64,000 nt of DNA. Origin: a virus. A model generated the notes under the pieces. The model ran no database searches and was not told where the DNA came from. It was given only the letters and a program-made list of their open reading frames with translations. The position numbers and the translations under genes were made by a program. Below are positions 27,817 to 37,319 of this stretch, piece by piece (within the stretch, counting starts at the first letter, position 1; the number at the start of each line of letters is the position of its first letter). The DNA is taken from IMG/VR virus record IMGVR_UViG_3300045988_054550, positions 7,976 through 71,975 of that record; one strand, written 5' to 3'.

Positions 27817-30800
27817 CTACCCTTCAAATATTCCGTAGCCATTACGATTTCTGAACTGCTGATTTTCTTCTTTCAGATATCCGATCAGATGTCCGTCTGC
27901 ATAGATCGCCATGCCGTTCAGAGCGTTTTTGACCGCCTGTCCGATCATCTGGTTATTGTCAAACGTATTACTGCTGATTGCCATGACTTCTTTCCGAATG
28001 TCGTCAACAAAATCATCTGTATCAACTGACATTCTGCTTTTTACTTCCTGATAGGTCGTGCTCTTTGTGATAATGTCTGCGGATGGCGTATTGATCTTTT
28101 GTACTTCTGCGCTTATGTCATTGATAGTTGATTCGACTTTTGGAAGCATATTTTGCATACCAATTTGGAATCCCTCAACGGTGAATCCGCCGAGTTCCAT
28201 CATCACCTGTGATGGGCTATGGATCTTTAAAGCACTTCGAAGCCTGTTTTCTATGTTGTGAGCAATTGCTTCTGCGTTTTTGTACAGATGTTGGTTAGCT
28301 GCAGCAATCATTCCGTTATTTAAACCAATAATCGCATTCCATCCAATTGTATAGAGTCTTCTCATAGAGTTTAAAACTACGTCAACAACACCATTCATAG
28401 CTTTTGAGACATTCAGTTTCATTGTACCATTTATGTATGATACAATCGCTTCTCCTGCCTGTTTCCATTTGGCAACCATAATATCGTGTTGAGTTGTAAA
28501 ATGAGTTCTGACATTTGTGTCCATGAGAGTAAGCTCTGCTACCGTATCAAGACGCATCTGGTGTACTTTTTCTTTTACATCTTTTGCAACTTTTTCATAA
28601 TTTTCAGTCGTGGTTCCGCTTACTTTTTTAGAATTAGATGTAGAACCTGAGCTGTCTTGATCTTTACCGGTGATTTTATTCCATAAGGATTTGATTTTTG
28701 AAGTTATTCCATCCAAAATTCCTGTTATGTTTTCTTTGAGATTAGTAAACACATCAAGAGCACCTTGCATAGCGCCGCTTACTCCGTCCTTCAAGCCCTC
28801 TATTAAATATCCGCCAATGTCAGCAAATACTGTAGATGGGGAATGAATGCCGAAAAGATTTTTTACATTACTGATAATTTTATCAACAACATTTTCTTTA
28901 AACCATCCTCCGATATCTTTAGCAGCATCTTTTACACCACCAAAGAGTCCGAGTATAATATTTTTCCCGATATCCCAAATACTACCAAGAATATTCTCGA
29001 AAGCTCCAACAATATCAGAAGCTAAATTCACGAATCCCTCTCCGATTTCGCTAAAATCTAATGTAAGAAAACCATTTATGATTTTAAACACATCGGAAAT
29101 TACGTCTATTCCGCTTTGTAAGATACTAATTAATCCAGAGAATGCGTCACCTAAAATAGCTATGCCTGTTGATATAACAGTTCCGCCAACTGATACAGCC
29201 AATGTTTCAAAGAACGAAACTATTGATTTTAACCCGCTGTTGGCATAGAAATTGTATAATTGACTTCCGAGATTAACAAACGCTTCGCCGAGCGGTGATA
29301 TTGCAGTTTTGACTTTTTCAAAAGCTCCAACAATACTATCCTTGATTTTCTCAAATGCAATTCCAACAGTGTTCCTGAAAGACTCAGATGTATTCCAAAG
29401 ATCAACAATCGAAGCTATAACGCCTGCTACAGCTGCTGCTATTCCTGCGGCGGCAACTCCTACTGGAACTGAAAGGCCTGTTAAAGATGATAAGGCACCT
29501 GCAAGCGAAGCGGATGCCGAAAAGAACGCTTCGTAAACAATGCCACCTTCCTGAAATAATCCAATTGCTCCAGAAAAGGCATTTGCAACAGAACTTGTGA
29601 TTTTGCTTGCTAATGTAGTAGAAGCAAATACAGAACCGATACTGGTAACAACAGGAAGTAATTTTGCGGCGATTCCAAATCCTATGACGGCTTCTACAAA
29701 CTTACCGGCAGATGTTTCGCCAAGCCCTGACCATATTCCACCGAAAACGTCAAGTAACACCGTACCAAGTTTCTGTAGATTTGTCCCCCAGTCAATCTGG
29801 CTCAGGAACGTTCCAATATTTCTTCCAAATTCCTCCCAGTCTACTTTTCCTGAAATACTAATAAGCGCATCTAGCAAGTCTGAAATGAACGCATTTAATG
29901 ACTGCCCGTTTTGTGTCCAATCAAATGTAGCGATGAAAGTACTTATTCCATTGGAAATATTGTCAACAAGCTGTTGCCAGTCGAAACTTTGAGTCCATGC
30001 GAGAAGCGCTTGAAAAGCACCATTCAGCCCGGTGGATAATGTATCTGCAATATTCGAAAAAGAAATGGTGGAAAACATACCGTTCATAGCGTCTGCCACT
30101 GATTTTCCAATATCAGAATACGGGAGATTATCAACAAACCCTCTGAATATTTCCCATGTGAGCATGAATTTATTTCCTAGGAGTTGTCCTAGATTATTCC
30201 AATTTACCTCATCAATCAGTCCGCCGATACCTTCTGCAAATTTCTTCCCGAGGTTATACCAGTCTATCCCGGTAATCAACAGGTTTAGCGTATTGACTAT
30301 GGTGTTGAACCCGGCTCCTATTGTTCTTCCAAACAAATTCCAGTCGATGTTATCCGCAAGGCTATTGAAAGTCTCTGTGAATGCTTCACAAAATTCTGTA
30401 ATCTTCGGTCCGACTTTTTTCCAATTGATTGCATCGTAGACCTTTTGTAAGCCAATATTTATCATATCAGCAATAGTTTTTCCAAGCCCTTTCCAATCCT
30501 GACTCAAAAATGCTTTACGGATTTTTTTTGCCCACTTATTGATCGGTGTTTCTTCGTCTGGAAGAGCACTATCAAGTTGATCTGAAATGTCACCAAGTCC
30601 CAAATCATCAAGACCAGAAGCGCCATTCTTCCCTTTCTTATTGCTAAGACTCGCCGTATCATCTGACAGATTCTTTGTAAGCACGTTTAACTCATCAAAT
30701 GGCATAAGTGAAAGAGAATCTTTTAATTTCTTAGCAGATTTCGAAGCCTTATCAAGTCCACTGGAAATATCGTCACCAGAATCTTTTAATCCACTTAAAT

Positions 30801-32550
30801 CCATGGAAGCATCGTCTAATCCAGCAAATTCATTCACGACCCCTTTGGCTGAACCTTTTATTTTCTTTCCACTTAAAACATACATGAAGTCACGGAATGA
30901 CTCCGCCGCTTTTGTAAGTTTTGCAATAAAGGCATTAAGGGCTTGGATAGCTGGAAGAATTGCTGATATCAAGCCTTGACCGATGACAGAGGAAAGAGAT
31001 TGAAAATTTAATGTTAACAATCTCGTCTGATTAGCCCAGCTTCCAGAAGTTCTAGCGAAATCTCCTTGTTGATCTCCTGTAACTGACAAGAGGTAATTAT
31101 ATCTAAGCATGACCTTTTGTGCTTGTGTCATGGAATTGTATGAAGTTGTGATTCCTTGGGACAGGGCATACGCTTCCATGTTGGCTACTGAAAGGTTTAT
31201 ACCCAACTGTCTTAAAGGCATAACCTGACCTGAGATGCCGGCACGAATTTTGTAGAATGCAGTATCAATGTCAATGTTGTAAAAAGAAGCTAAATCGCCG
31301 GCTAATCCTGCAAGTGTTGTTGACATTTCCGCGGCAGAATCTTGCGCTACGCCAGAAGATTTCAACATTGCCATCATAGTTCCTGTGTAATTCTTTGCAG
31401 CTAATTCAGATAATCCAAATTGCTTTGTGGCTACTGATGCAAATTCATAAGCTTTGTTAGCCATGCTTCCGAAAGCTACATCAACAATATTCTCAACTTC
31501 TGTGATGTCGGAACCGAGTTCCATAATCCCTTTCCCGTTCATAGCCTGATTAAATTTGCTCATAGCCAAAGAAGCTGTTTTTAAGCCTAGAACAGTTTTT
31601 ATAAATGAACCGACATTTGAAGTTGCTGACTCTAATCCATTACTACTACTTATAAGGTTTGAAAATCCTGAAATCAAGAAATTTATCCCGCTTTTGGCTT
31701 TATTCACACCATTACTAAGCAATGAAGAAATTCCTCTAATAATAGAAGAAAGCTTGCTAAATGAATTTGAAACTGTGTTTGTTGCAGTAGAAATTCTTCC
31801 GCCTGACGATGCCAGACGTGAAAGAGCTTCTGTCATTCTTATTATATTTTCACTTACTTCAGGAGCGTCTTTCATGGTTTCAAAGAAATCTTTTAATTCT
31901 TTGGCAAGAGTTCCGAGATTTCCAGCAGTCTGTCCGGCTTTATTTCCCGCATTTGCAAGTTGTGCTATTGATTGTGTGAACCTGTTAACGGATTCAGAAA
32001 TTTCGCTTGCACTCGAAAGTGTTCTTGCTGCCTTTTTTAATTGGTGTGCAAGATTGCCTATTCCAGATGTAGTCTGGTCAATTTTTGTACCTGCATTCGC
32101 CAATCTTGCCAATGAAGAAACAAATCGGTTCACATTGTTTGATACATCTGGAATACTGCTAAGACCAGATAATTCGGAAATCATGTTCTGAATCTTTCCA
32201 GACACATCACCTGTGGAGTTTAATGTTTCGTTCAGTCTGCGGATTGCATTTACGAATGAGTTTAATCCGTTGTTTCTCAAGTTCAGGCTACCGAGCCCAC
32301 TCATAGACTGAACAAACTGTTGCAATTGACTGTTTATCGTTGATAAATCAAGCCTGTCTAATTTAAGTGCTTGAACAGCAGAATTGACCGTGCCTACGGA
32401 AGCTGAAAAGTCTCTAAGATACTTGATACTCTCAGACATACGGCTACTCAGACGATTCAGTTTATTGCATAAATCATCAATGGATTTACTTGCATTTGAT
32501 ACGTTACTGCTGACCTCTATCGCAAGGCTATCTATTGTGTTGTCAGGCAT
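27817..32550 (-). CDS. tail tape measure protein
   Basis: 1577 aa, helical and repetitive, with G/A-rich hydrophobic central segments. Follows the chaperone pair. Confidence 0.9.
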   Translation of the reverse strand: MPDNTIDSLAIEVSSNVSNASKSIDDLCNKLNRLSSRMSESIKYLRDFSASVGTVNSAVQALKLDRLDLSTINSQLQQFVQSMSGLGSLNLRNNGLNSFVNAIRRLNETLNSTGDVSGKIQNMISELSGLSSIPDVSNNVNRFVSSLARLANAGTKIDQTTSGIGNLAHQLKKAARTLSSASEISESVNRFTQSIAQLANAGNKAGQTAGNLGTLAKELKDFFETMKDAPEVSENIIRMTEALSRLASSGGRISTATNTVSNSFSKLSSIIRGISSLLSNGVNKAKSGINFLISGFSNLISSSNGLESATSNVGSFIKTVLGLKTASLAMSKFNQAMNGKGIMELGSDITEVENIVDVAFGSMANKAYEFASVATKQFGLSELAAKNYTGTMMAMLKSSGVAQDSAAEMSTTLAGLAGDLASFYNIDIDTAFYKIRAGISGQVMPLRQLGINLSVANMEAYALSQGITTSYNSMTQAQKVMLRYNYLLSVTGDQQGDFARTSGSWANQTRLLTLNFQSLSSVIGQGLISAILPAIQALNAFIAKLTKAAESFRDFMYVLSGKKIKGSAKGVVNEFAGLDDASMDLSGLKDSGDDISSGLDKASKSAKKLKDSLSLMPFDELNVLTKNLSDDTASLSNKKGKNGASGLDDLGLGDISDQLDSALPDEETPINKWAKKIRKAFLSQDWKGLGKTIADMINIGLQKVYDAINWKKVGPKITEFCEAFTETFNSLADNIDWNLFGRTIGAGFNTIVNTLNLLITGIDWYNLGKKFAEGIGGLIDEVNWNNLGQLLGNKFMLTWEIFRGFVDNLPYSDIGKSVADAMNGMFSTISFSNIADTLSTGLNGAFQALLAWTQSFDWQQLVDNISNGISTFIATFDWTQNGQSLNAFISDLLDALISISGKVDWEEFGRNIGTFLSQIDWGTNLQKLGTVLLDVFGGIWSGLGETSAGKFVEAVIGFGIAAKLLPVVTSIGSVFASTTLASKITSSVANAFSGAIGLFQEGGIVYEAFFSASASLAGALSSLTGLSVPVGVAAAGIAAAVAGVIASIVDLWNTSESFRNTVGIAFEKIKDSIVGAFEKVKTAISPLGEAFVNLGSQLYNFYANSGLKSIVSFFETLAVSVGGTVISTGIAILGDAFSGLISILQSGIDVISDVFKIINGFLTLDFSEIGEGFVNLASDIVGAFENILGSIWDIGKNIILGLFGGVKDAAKDIGGWFKENVVDKIISNVKNLFGIHSPSTVFADIGGYLIEGLKDGVSGAMQGALDVFTNLKENITGILDGITSKIKSLWNKITGKDQDSSGSTSNSKKVSGTTTENYEKVAKDVKEKVHQMRLDTVAELTLMDTNVRTHFTTQHDIMVAKWKQAGEAIVSYINGTMKLNVSKAMNGVVDVVLNSMRRLYTIGWNAIIGLNNGMIAAANQHLYKNAEAIAHNIENRLRSALKIHSPSQVMMELGGFTVEGFQIGMQNMLPKVESTINDISAEVQKINTPSADIITKSTTYQEVKSRMSVDTDDFVDDIRKEVMAISSNTFDNNQMIGQAVKNALNGMAIYADGHLIGYLKEENQQFRNRNGYGIFEG

Positions 32551-32596
32551 ATAAGCACCTCCTTTATTTCAAAAAAATAAAGGGCAAGCAAGACTA

Positions 32597-32977
32597 CTAT
32601 TCATCCTGCTTGCCCTCTTTATTGCCTATTTCAGATATATTTGCATTTGCCTGCCTGATAAGAAGTTCGTAGTAACGTTCTTCTTGTCTTAGTTCTGCTT
32701 CTGATTTCTTTGGCGTATTTGGATTTTGTTTGACCCAATTATTTTGTTTTTCCTGCGTAATTGGTTTGCTCGGATAACTAACCTTTCTTGGAAATAATGC
32801 GCACGAAATACTCGTCTTGACATACAATCCGGTCAGCCATGCCTGATAGTCCATGTTTATTAACTGCGACTGAATTTCTTCATTTTTTGAGATCCCATAT
32901 TGTTCTATGCGGATTCTCAGGTCTTTCAGGGTACTTCTGAGAAATTCTTTTCTTGACATCCCAATACGCACAGCCAT
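32597..32977 (-). CDS. tail assembly chaperone, T-like part (frame open upstream to ~33060; probably made as a G-T fusion)
   Basis: The -1 frame relative to 32998..33483 stays open across the G stop codon. Confidence 0.55.
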   Translation of the reverse strand: MAVRIGMSRKEFLRSTLKDLRIRIEQYGISKNEEIQSQLINMDYQAWLTGLYVKTSISCALFPRKVSYPSKPITQEKQNNWVKQNPNTPKKSEAELRQEERYYELLIRQANANISEIGNKEGKQDE

Positions 32978-32997
32978 TGGGTATAATTCATCCCAGA

Positions 32998-33483
32998 TTA
33001 TTTCGCTGTAGCTTTTTTCAAATGATCTGTCGGCTTCTTCGGCGTTTTCTTCGCTTTCACAGAGTCCATCGCCGCATTCAAGTTGTCCATGAACGTTTCC
33101 AGACCTGTTAACTTGAAAAAACCATCTTCCTCCATCTGTTCAATGCACATAGAAAACAGACCGTAGAAGTTTCCCTGCTCATCATCTTTATGCTCAGACA
33201 TATACTGCGCTGCAAGTTTTTTGGCAGTATCTAAATCCGGGACAGTACCATCACCATCAGGATGATTGCCATGATATTGAAGTAATCCGGCATAAAACGC
33301 ATTGAGTGCAGTATTCGGGATGCTACTCATTCCAGAAACCATCTCCCTGAGACTTTTGTCCGTTCCGCCGCTTGCGGAAACTAACATATTCATCACAGAT
33401 TTCACGCAATCATCAAACAGTGATGCTTCAATCCCATATTCAAGTTTGTAGTCTTTGCCGCCGATTTTTAAAACTTTATACAT
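32998..33483 (-). CDS. tail assembly chaperone (G-like)
   Basis: 161 aa, between the major tail and tape measure genes. Confidence 0.65.
   Translation of the reverse strand: MYKVLKIGGKDYKLEYGIEASLFDDCVKSVMNMLVSASGGTDKSLREMVSGMSSIPNTALNAFYAGLLQYHGNHPDGDGTVPDLDTAKKLAAQYMSEHKDDEQGNFYGLFSMCIEQMEEDGFFKLTGLETFMDNLNAAMDSVKAKKTPKKPTDHLKKATAK
33013..33019 (-). promoter_or_regulatory. candidate -1 programmed frameshift site (G AAA AAA)
   Basis: TTG AAA AAA GCT lies near the end of the G-like ORF. The -1 frame continues SYSEIIWDELYPMAVRIG... Confidence 0.5.
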
Positions 33484-33506
33484 ATTATTTGTCCTCCCAA
33501 ATATGT

Positions 33507-34001
33507 TTAAATGCCGCTGTCAGTTGGAGTTATTGCGTCGCCCGGTCCGACATATTCATTGATAGTAAGAGACATTTCAACGGTTAACAGTCCGTTCTGA
33601 TCTCTTGCTGGTTTAGGAATGATTGTCGGCGGCTCGATTTTGGTGAAGAACGCTTTCTTAAGAGACGGGAAGTATTCTTCATACCACATAGATTTTCCAT
33701 CTGCTTTTGCTGTTTTGTATTCGCTGATTAAGGTTTCCCATTCAGCGATAGTTTCATCAGTTACGTTCACAGTTACGTTGAATGTGCCACCTGTAGAACC
33801 ACGTCCTGCAATAGTTCTTTCGACTTCATCTTCAAGTGCGGAAGCATCGATTGTTTCTACATCAATTTTAATTTCATCAGAAGCATTGATTCTGTGAAGA
33901 AGTTTAAAAACTGTCGGTTTAGTACCTGCTGTTGTTTCAACTGCATATCCGGTAAGCGAACCAACGGTACTTACGCCTGCTATATTTCCTTTATCTGCCA
34001 T
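33507..34001 (-). CDS. major tail protein
   Basis: 164 aa. Position and size are typical of phi13/TP901-like major tail proteins. Confidence 0.7.
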   Translation of the reverse strand: MADKGNIAGVSTVGSLTGYAVETTAGTKPTVFKLLHRINASDEIKIDVETIDASALEDEVERTIAGRGSTGGTFNVTVNVTDETIAEWETLISEYKTAKADGKSMWYEEYFPSLKKAFFTKIEPPTIIPKPARDQNGLLTVEMSLTINEYVGPGDAITPTDSGI

Positions 34002-34035
34002 ATTCGGCTCCTTTCTGCTTTTCAGCTATAAAATC

Positions 34036-34061
34036 ACAATAAAAAAGAGCCATGTGGCTCT
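34036..34061 (-). terminator. intrinsic terminator inside late operon
   Basis: AGAGCC-ACAT-GGCTCT followed by TTTTTTATT on the minus strand. Confidence 0.6.
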
Positions 34062-34106
34062 GATGCGTAACCCTGCATCCGGGAGATAAAAGGATCACCG
34101 TCCTTT

Positions 34107-34319
34107 CTATTCATCTGTGCCTGTTTTCAGTTCTGGAAGCCCTGCTACAGATGTAAGCAAGGATAAAACGCCGGAAAGAACGGACGCGGATACGACCATC
34201 TTCCAGTCAACGCTTCCAAGAACTGTCGCGGTTCCGATTGTTGCAACAGCTGTCTGAGCAATTGTCTTAACAGCTCTGATTCCCGCAGCTTTCAGCCAAT
34301 GTAATTTATCTTTACTCAT
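34107..34319 (-). CDS. holin-like protein (LL-H/r1t holin family pattern)
   Basis: 70 aa. IRAVKTIAQTAVATIG...VDWKMVVSASVLSGVLSLLTSV. Confidence 0.55.
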   Translation of the reverse strand: MSKDKLHWLKAAGIRAVKTIAQTAVATIGTATVLGSVDWKMVVSASVLSGVLSLLTSVAGLPELKTGTDE

Positions 34320-34359
34320 AGGAACTCTCCTTTCTTTTTGGTATAAAAAATAGAAGCTG

Positions 34360-34767
34360 TTACGCTTCCAATAATTGCCCGGTGTAAATTCTGCTGTACC
34401 GGCTTATGATTCGTTTAAAACTTTTTTCAGAGTTTGCAACTTCTTCTGGCCCGTATGTTCTTCGGAATCCCATAGAAATCATGGCTTCATGACTCTTACT
34501 GTCGATTTCGTACGCTGTTGACAAGGCTTTTACACCTGATGCGTAGCTCTCAGTTTGAAACGAAAGCACAGTCGCGCATTCACTTCCATCAAGGCTAGAT
34601 GATTGTGTTGGATTTCCCATCAAAAACAACCGGGCATATTTCTTTTTGTCTGTCGCTATTGTCTGGCTTTTTTCCATGGAGTAATTGCCTTTGCCGACAA
34701 ATGCTCCAACAATCTTGCTCCAACGTAAAAGTGCTTCCTCTACTGGAGGATAGATAACAGTCGGCAT
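34360..34767 (-). CDS. tail completion/terminator-like protein (positional)
   Basis: Start refined to MPTVIYPP after AAGGAGGTG. Confidence 0.35.
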   Translation of the reverse strand: MPTVIYPPVEEALLRWSKIVGAFVGKGNYSMEKSQTIATDKKKYARLFLMGNPTQSSSLDGSECATVLSFQTESYASGVKALSTAYEIDSKSHEAMISMGFRRTYGPEEVANSEKSFKRIISRYSRIYTGQLLEA

Positions 34768-34784
34768 AGGGCACCTCCTTTTGA

Positions 34785-34873
34785 GCATGAAAAAAGCACC
34801 CACCGCTCAGGTAGATGCTTTTATATGTTACAGTATATCATTTTTCGATGTATGTTTTTGTATGGGATTTTTA
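34785..34873 (-). repeat. conserved intergenic element, copy A
   Basis: Shares a 25 nt identical box (TAAAAATCCCATACAAAAACATACA, overlapping the upstream TAA), a -10-like box, a hairpin and GGTGCTTTTTTCATGC with 48225-48316. Confidence 0.8.
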
Positions 34874-35398
34874 TGAAGAAAATACTTCTTTTGCAATTTT
34901 CCTAATGTTCTGCATAATCTTCATGATTGCCTTATATACCGGCATGGTAGCTTCGGTACCATAAGAGCGTACCCACTCGCCAGAATCGGCATAATAAACC
35001 CACGATTCATTCTTGCCATTCCCTTGCCCGTATGAACCGATTGTGTAACCAAAATCTTGCCCCTTGGGATGCGGACTGGTTCCTGCCGGAGTGTTGTAGT
35101 GAATACCCGACCCAAATTCAATGAACAAAAGGTCAGAGCCTTCACACACAAGCGTCGCCTGAGAATAGCCGCCAAAGTTATTGATTCTGATATAGGTGTT
35201 ATGGTTTTTGTCAGAATCACCTTGTGCCAATGCTATGTTTTCATCTATGACCGGGATTCCAAGTTCTGCTAGCCTGCGGACAAATTCCTCATTTTTACTC
35301 ACAAGCGACTTCTGGTACGCTCTGAGCTGCTTTATTGTGTCCTGTATAGATTTATGCGACAATTCCATTTTAATGCTCTTATTCGCCATCTGAGCCAT
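34871..35398 (-). CDS. HK97 gp10-like head-tail component
   Basis: 175 aa. LLFIEFGSGIHY resembles the gp10-family EFGT motif. Confidence 0.45.
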   Translation of the reverse strand: MAQMANKSIKMELSHKSIQDTIKQLRAYQKSLVSKNEEFVRRLAELGIPVIDENIALAQGDSDKNHNTYIRINNFGGYSQATLVCEGSDLLFIEFGSGIHYNTPAGTSPHPKGQDFGYTIGSYGQGNGKNESWVYYADSGEWVRSYGTEATMPVYKAIMKIMQNIRKIAKEVFSS

Positions 35399-35753
35399 CT
35401 CCTATATACTTGATGCCATATCGTGCCACATTTCCTTTCTGAGTATCAAGAATCTTTTTTAGACGATAGTCTGGCGGGACTGTAGGCTCTCCAGATTCGT
35501 TCAATTCCGGTTTGCAGTCTATCCAGAATACATCTGCAATCTGTGGTTTAAAGCTACGGTCAAAATTCGTGATGTACCTATCGTAATCAGGGACGTACCC
35601 GGCAGATAATTCTTCCGGCGTTCCGGCTGTTGCTGACACGGATAGGCAATGCAGTTCTGGATTCTGATATTTCTTGATTGTGTCTATTCCGTCAAGTTCT
35701 TCTGTCACCCTAGACCAGTATATTGTTTGTTTTTGACGTTTTAGTCCTCTCAT
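35379..35753 (-). CDS. head-tail joining protein (positional)
   Basis: Start refined to MRGLKRQ after AAGGAGAAC. Confidence 0.35.
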   Translation of the reverse strand: MRGLKRQKQTIYWSRVTEELDGIDTIKKYQNPELHCLSVSATAGTPEELSAGYVPDYDRYITNFDRSFKPQIADVFWIDCKPELNESGEPTVPPDYRLKKILDTQKGNVARYGIKYIGDGSDGE

Positions 35754-35960
35754 ATAGTTCTCCTTAAATAACATATTTATGATGATTGTATCTGACCGAT
35801 TCTTGATTAACCTTTGCGCTGTTCCTTATAAATAGGTAGAGGTTTTACGAAAGTTTTCCATTTTTTAATGAATTAAATGGGAATAAATGCTTTAGCAATA
35901 ATTTTGAATTTGTTATAAGTCCCTGTTTCGACATGTGCAAGAAATACTTTTGATGCCTTA

Positions 35961-37031
35961 CTATTTAATCGGAATAATTACAGTCCCATATAAAAATGGA
36001 TATGGACAGTATATATCAATATTGCCATCTACCTTAATTTGAATATTTCCAATATTAGTATTACCGTCTTTAACTAAGGCGCTTCTGTATGCACCAATAG
36101 AATCCTTCAATATATATATATCCGGTAGTTGGGCAATGTTTGTTTGAGCAATTTGCGAATCTTTAGCATTTCCATTGAATTTGCAGTACAATAGTTTGCC
36201 AACAGCAAAAGTAGCTAAAACACCATATTCACCGCAGGTGATATATCTGATATTATCAATTTTTACTTTACTATTTAATTCATTAATCGCTCCCAGAATT
36301 GTTTTGTCGTTCGTCTGAAGCTTTGCAAACACTTTATCAGCGATTTTATTAAGGACAAAGTCTGACAGCTTGCTCAGCACACCCCTTTTCATTCCTGTAC
36401 CATCATTAATCAGAAACGCATCAGAATCAGCTAATGTACCTCTGTCGGTGTAATTCGCAGATTCCAGATTTTCCGTTTTGGTTTTCAAGGATGTTATGAT
36501 CTCGGAATCCTCTCTCAAGTATGGTGCCATATCAATAGCCGGTCCAAGAGTGTCCCATATTTCTCCCGTCCATGCTACATTCATGCCTGCCTCTCCATAA
36601 ATAGATTTTTCAGATATATTATACATCCATCCAATCTTAGGAGATAACGGGAGCTGTGAAATATTTGATACGGAACCTTTGTATAAAAGTGGTGTTGCAA
36701 TTCCCTCTACGTCTTCTGATACCTGCTGGATTTTTCCGTTAAGAACACCATATACTTCAATCGGTGTTACTTTGCTTTGTTCGATCTTATCAGGTTTATA
36801 CCACAATTTCTTACTCTCATCAAATTTGTAATACTCTCCTGTATCGGTCATAAAACATGATGAATTGTTAGCAACGTACAGAGGGAGTTTGTCTGAATCT
36901 TTCGCAAGTCCTTCATAATGACGTTTACCACCATCTTTGAAAACTCGGTGAATACTGCCAAGTTGCGGAAGCTGTTCGCCTGGCTTGTATTCTACATCAT
37001 CAATGATTACTGTATTTTGTGCAACTGCCAT
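35961..37031 (-). CDS. fibre-like protein, fused paralogue of 39067..39309 + 37320..39053
   Basis: N-terminus VIIDDVEYKPGEQLPQLGS...YEGLAKDSDKLPLYV...WYK, followed by LLYKGSVSNISQLPLSPKIGWMYNIS..GEAGMNVAWTGEIWDTLGPAIDM. Start at MAVAQ after GAAAGGAGAAC. Confidence 0.6.
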   Translation of the reverse strand: MAVAQNTVIIDDVEYKPGEQLPQLGSIHRVFKDGGKRHYEGLAKDSDKLPLYVANNSSCFMTDTGEYYKFDESKKLWYKPDKIEQSKVTPIEVYGVLNGKIQQVSEDVEGIATPLLYKGSVSNISQLPLSPKIGWMYNISEKSIYGEAGMNVAWTGEIWDTLGPAIDMAPYLREDSEIITSLKTKTENLESANYTDRGTLADSDAFLINDGTGMKRGVLSKLSDFVLNKIADKVFAKLQTNDKTILGAINELNSKVKIDNIRYITCGEYGVLATFAVGKLLYCKFNGNAKDSQIAQTNIAQLPDIYILKDSIGAYRSALVKDGNTNIGNIQIKVDGNIDIYCPYPFLYGTVIIPIK

Positions 37032-37152
37032 AATAGTTCTCCTTTCACTTATCAATTCAAAATATAATCTTTTTCTTCCTTTGTAAGAATTGAGAGATTT
37101 TCTATCTTTTCTTTTGTAATTTTGCGAATTGCTTAACTAAAGCACAATTTAG

Positions 37153-37317
37153 TTAATTAGTTTCCACTTTCGGTTCTTCTTCCTTATTAACATCCATCAG
37201 CTCATTATACTGTTCCTCAGTAATTCTGCCCGTTGCGAAGAAAATATCAATCTTATTTTTCAAATCATCTGTCAGACCGTTTTTCTCTTTAAGTTTTAGT
37301 AATGTTCTATATAACAT
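37153..37317 (-). CDS. XkdX-family small protein
   Basis: 54 aa. FFATGRITEEQYNELM is the XkdX signature. Follows a fibre gene as in PBSX-like elements. Confidence 0.6.
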   Translation of the reverse strand: MLYRTLLKLKEKNGLTDDLKNKIDIFFATGRITEEQYNELMDVNKEEEPKVETN

Positions 37318-37319
37318 AA

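Noticed and set aside
28847-32191. Long plus-strand ORFs (for example 28847..29248, 29597..29992, 30032..30439, 31556..32191) antisense to the tape measure gene. Similar ones lie opposite other long genes (11861..12469, 39934..40641, 59637..60290).
   Set aside because: They are shadow ORFs. They overlap much longer minus-strand genes with clear function, lack RBS motifs and have low-complexity Ser/Phe/Leu-rich composition typical of antisense frames.
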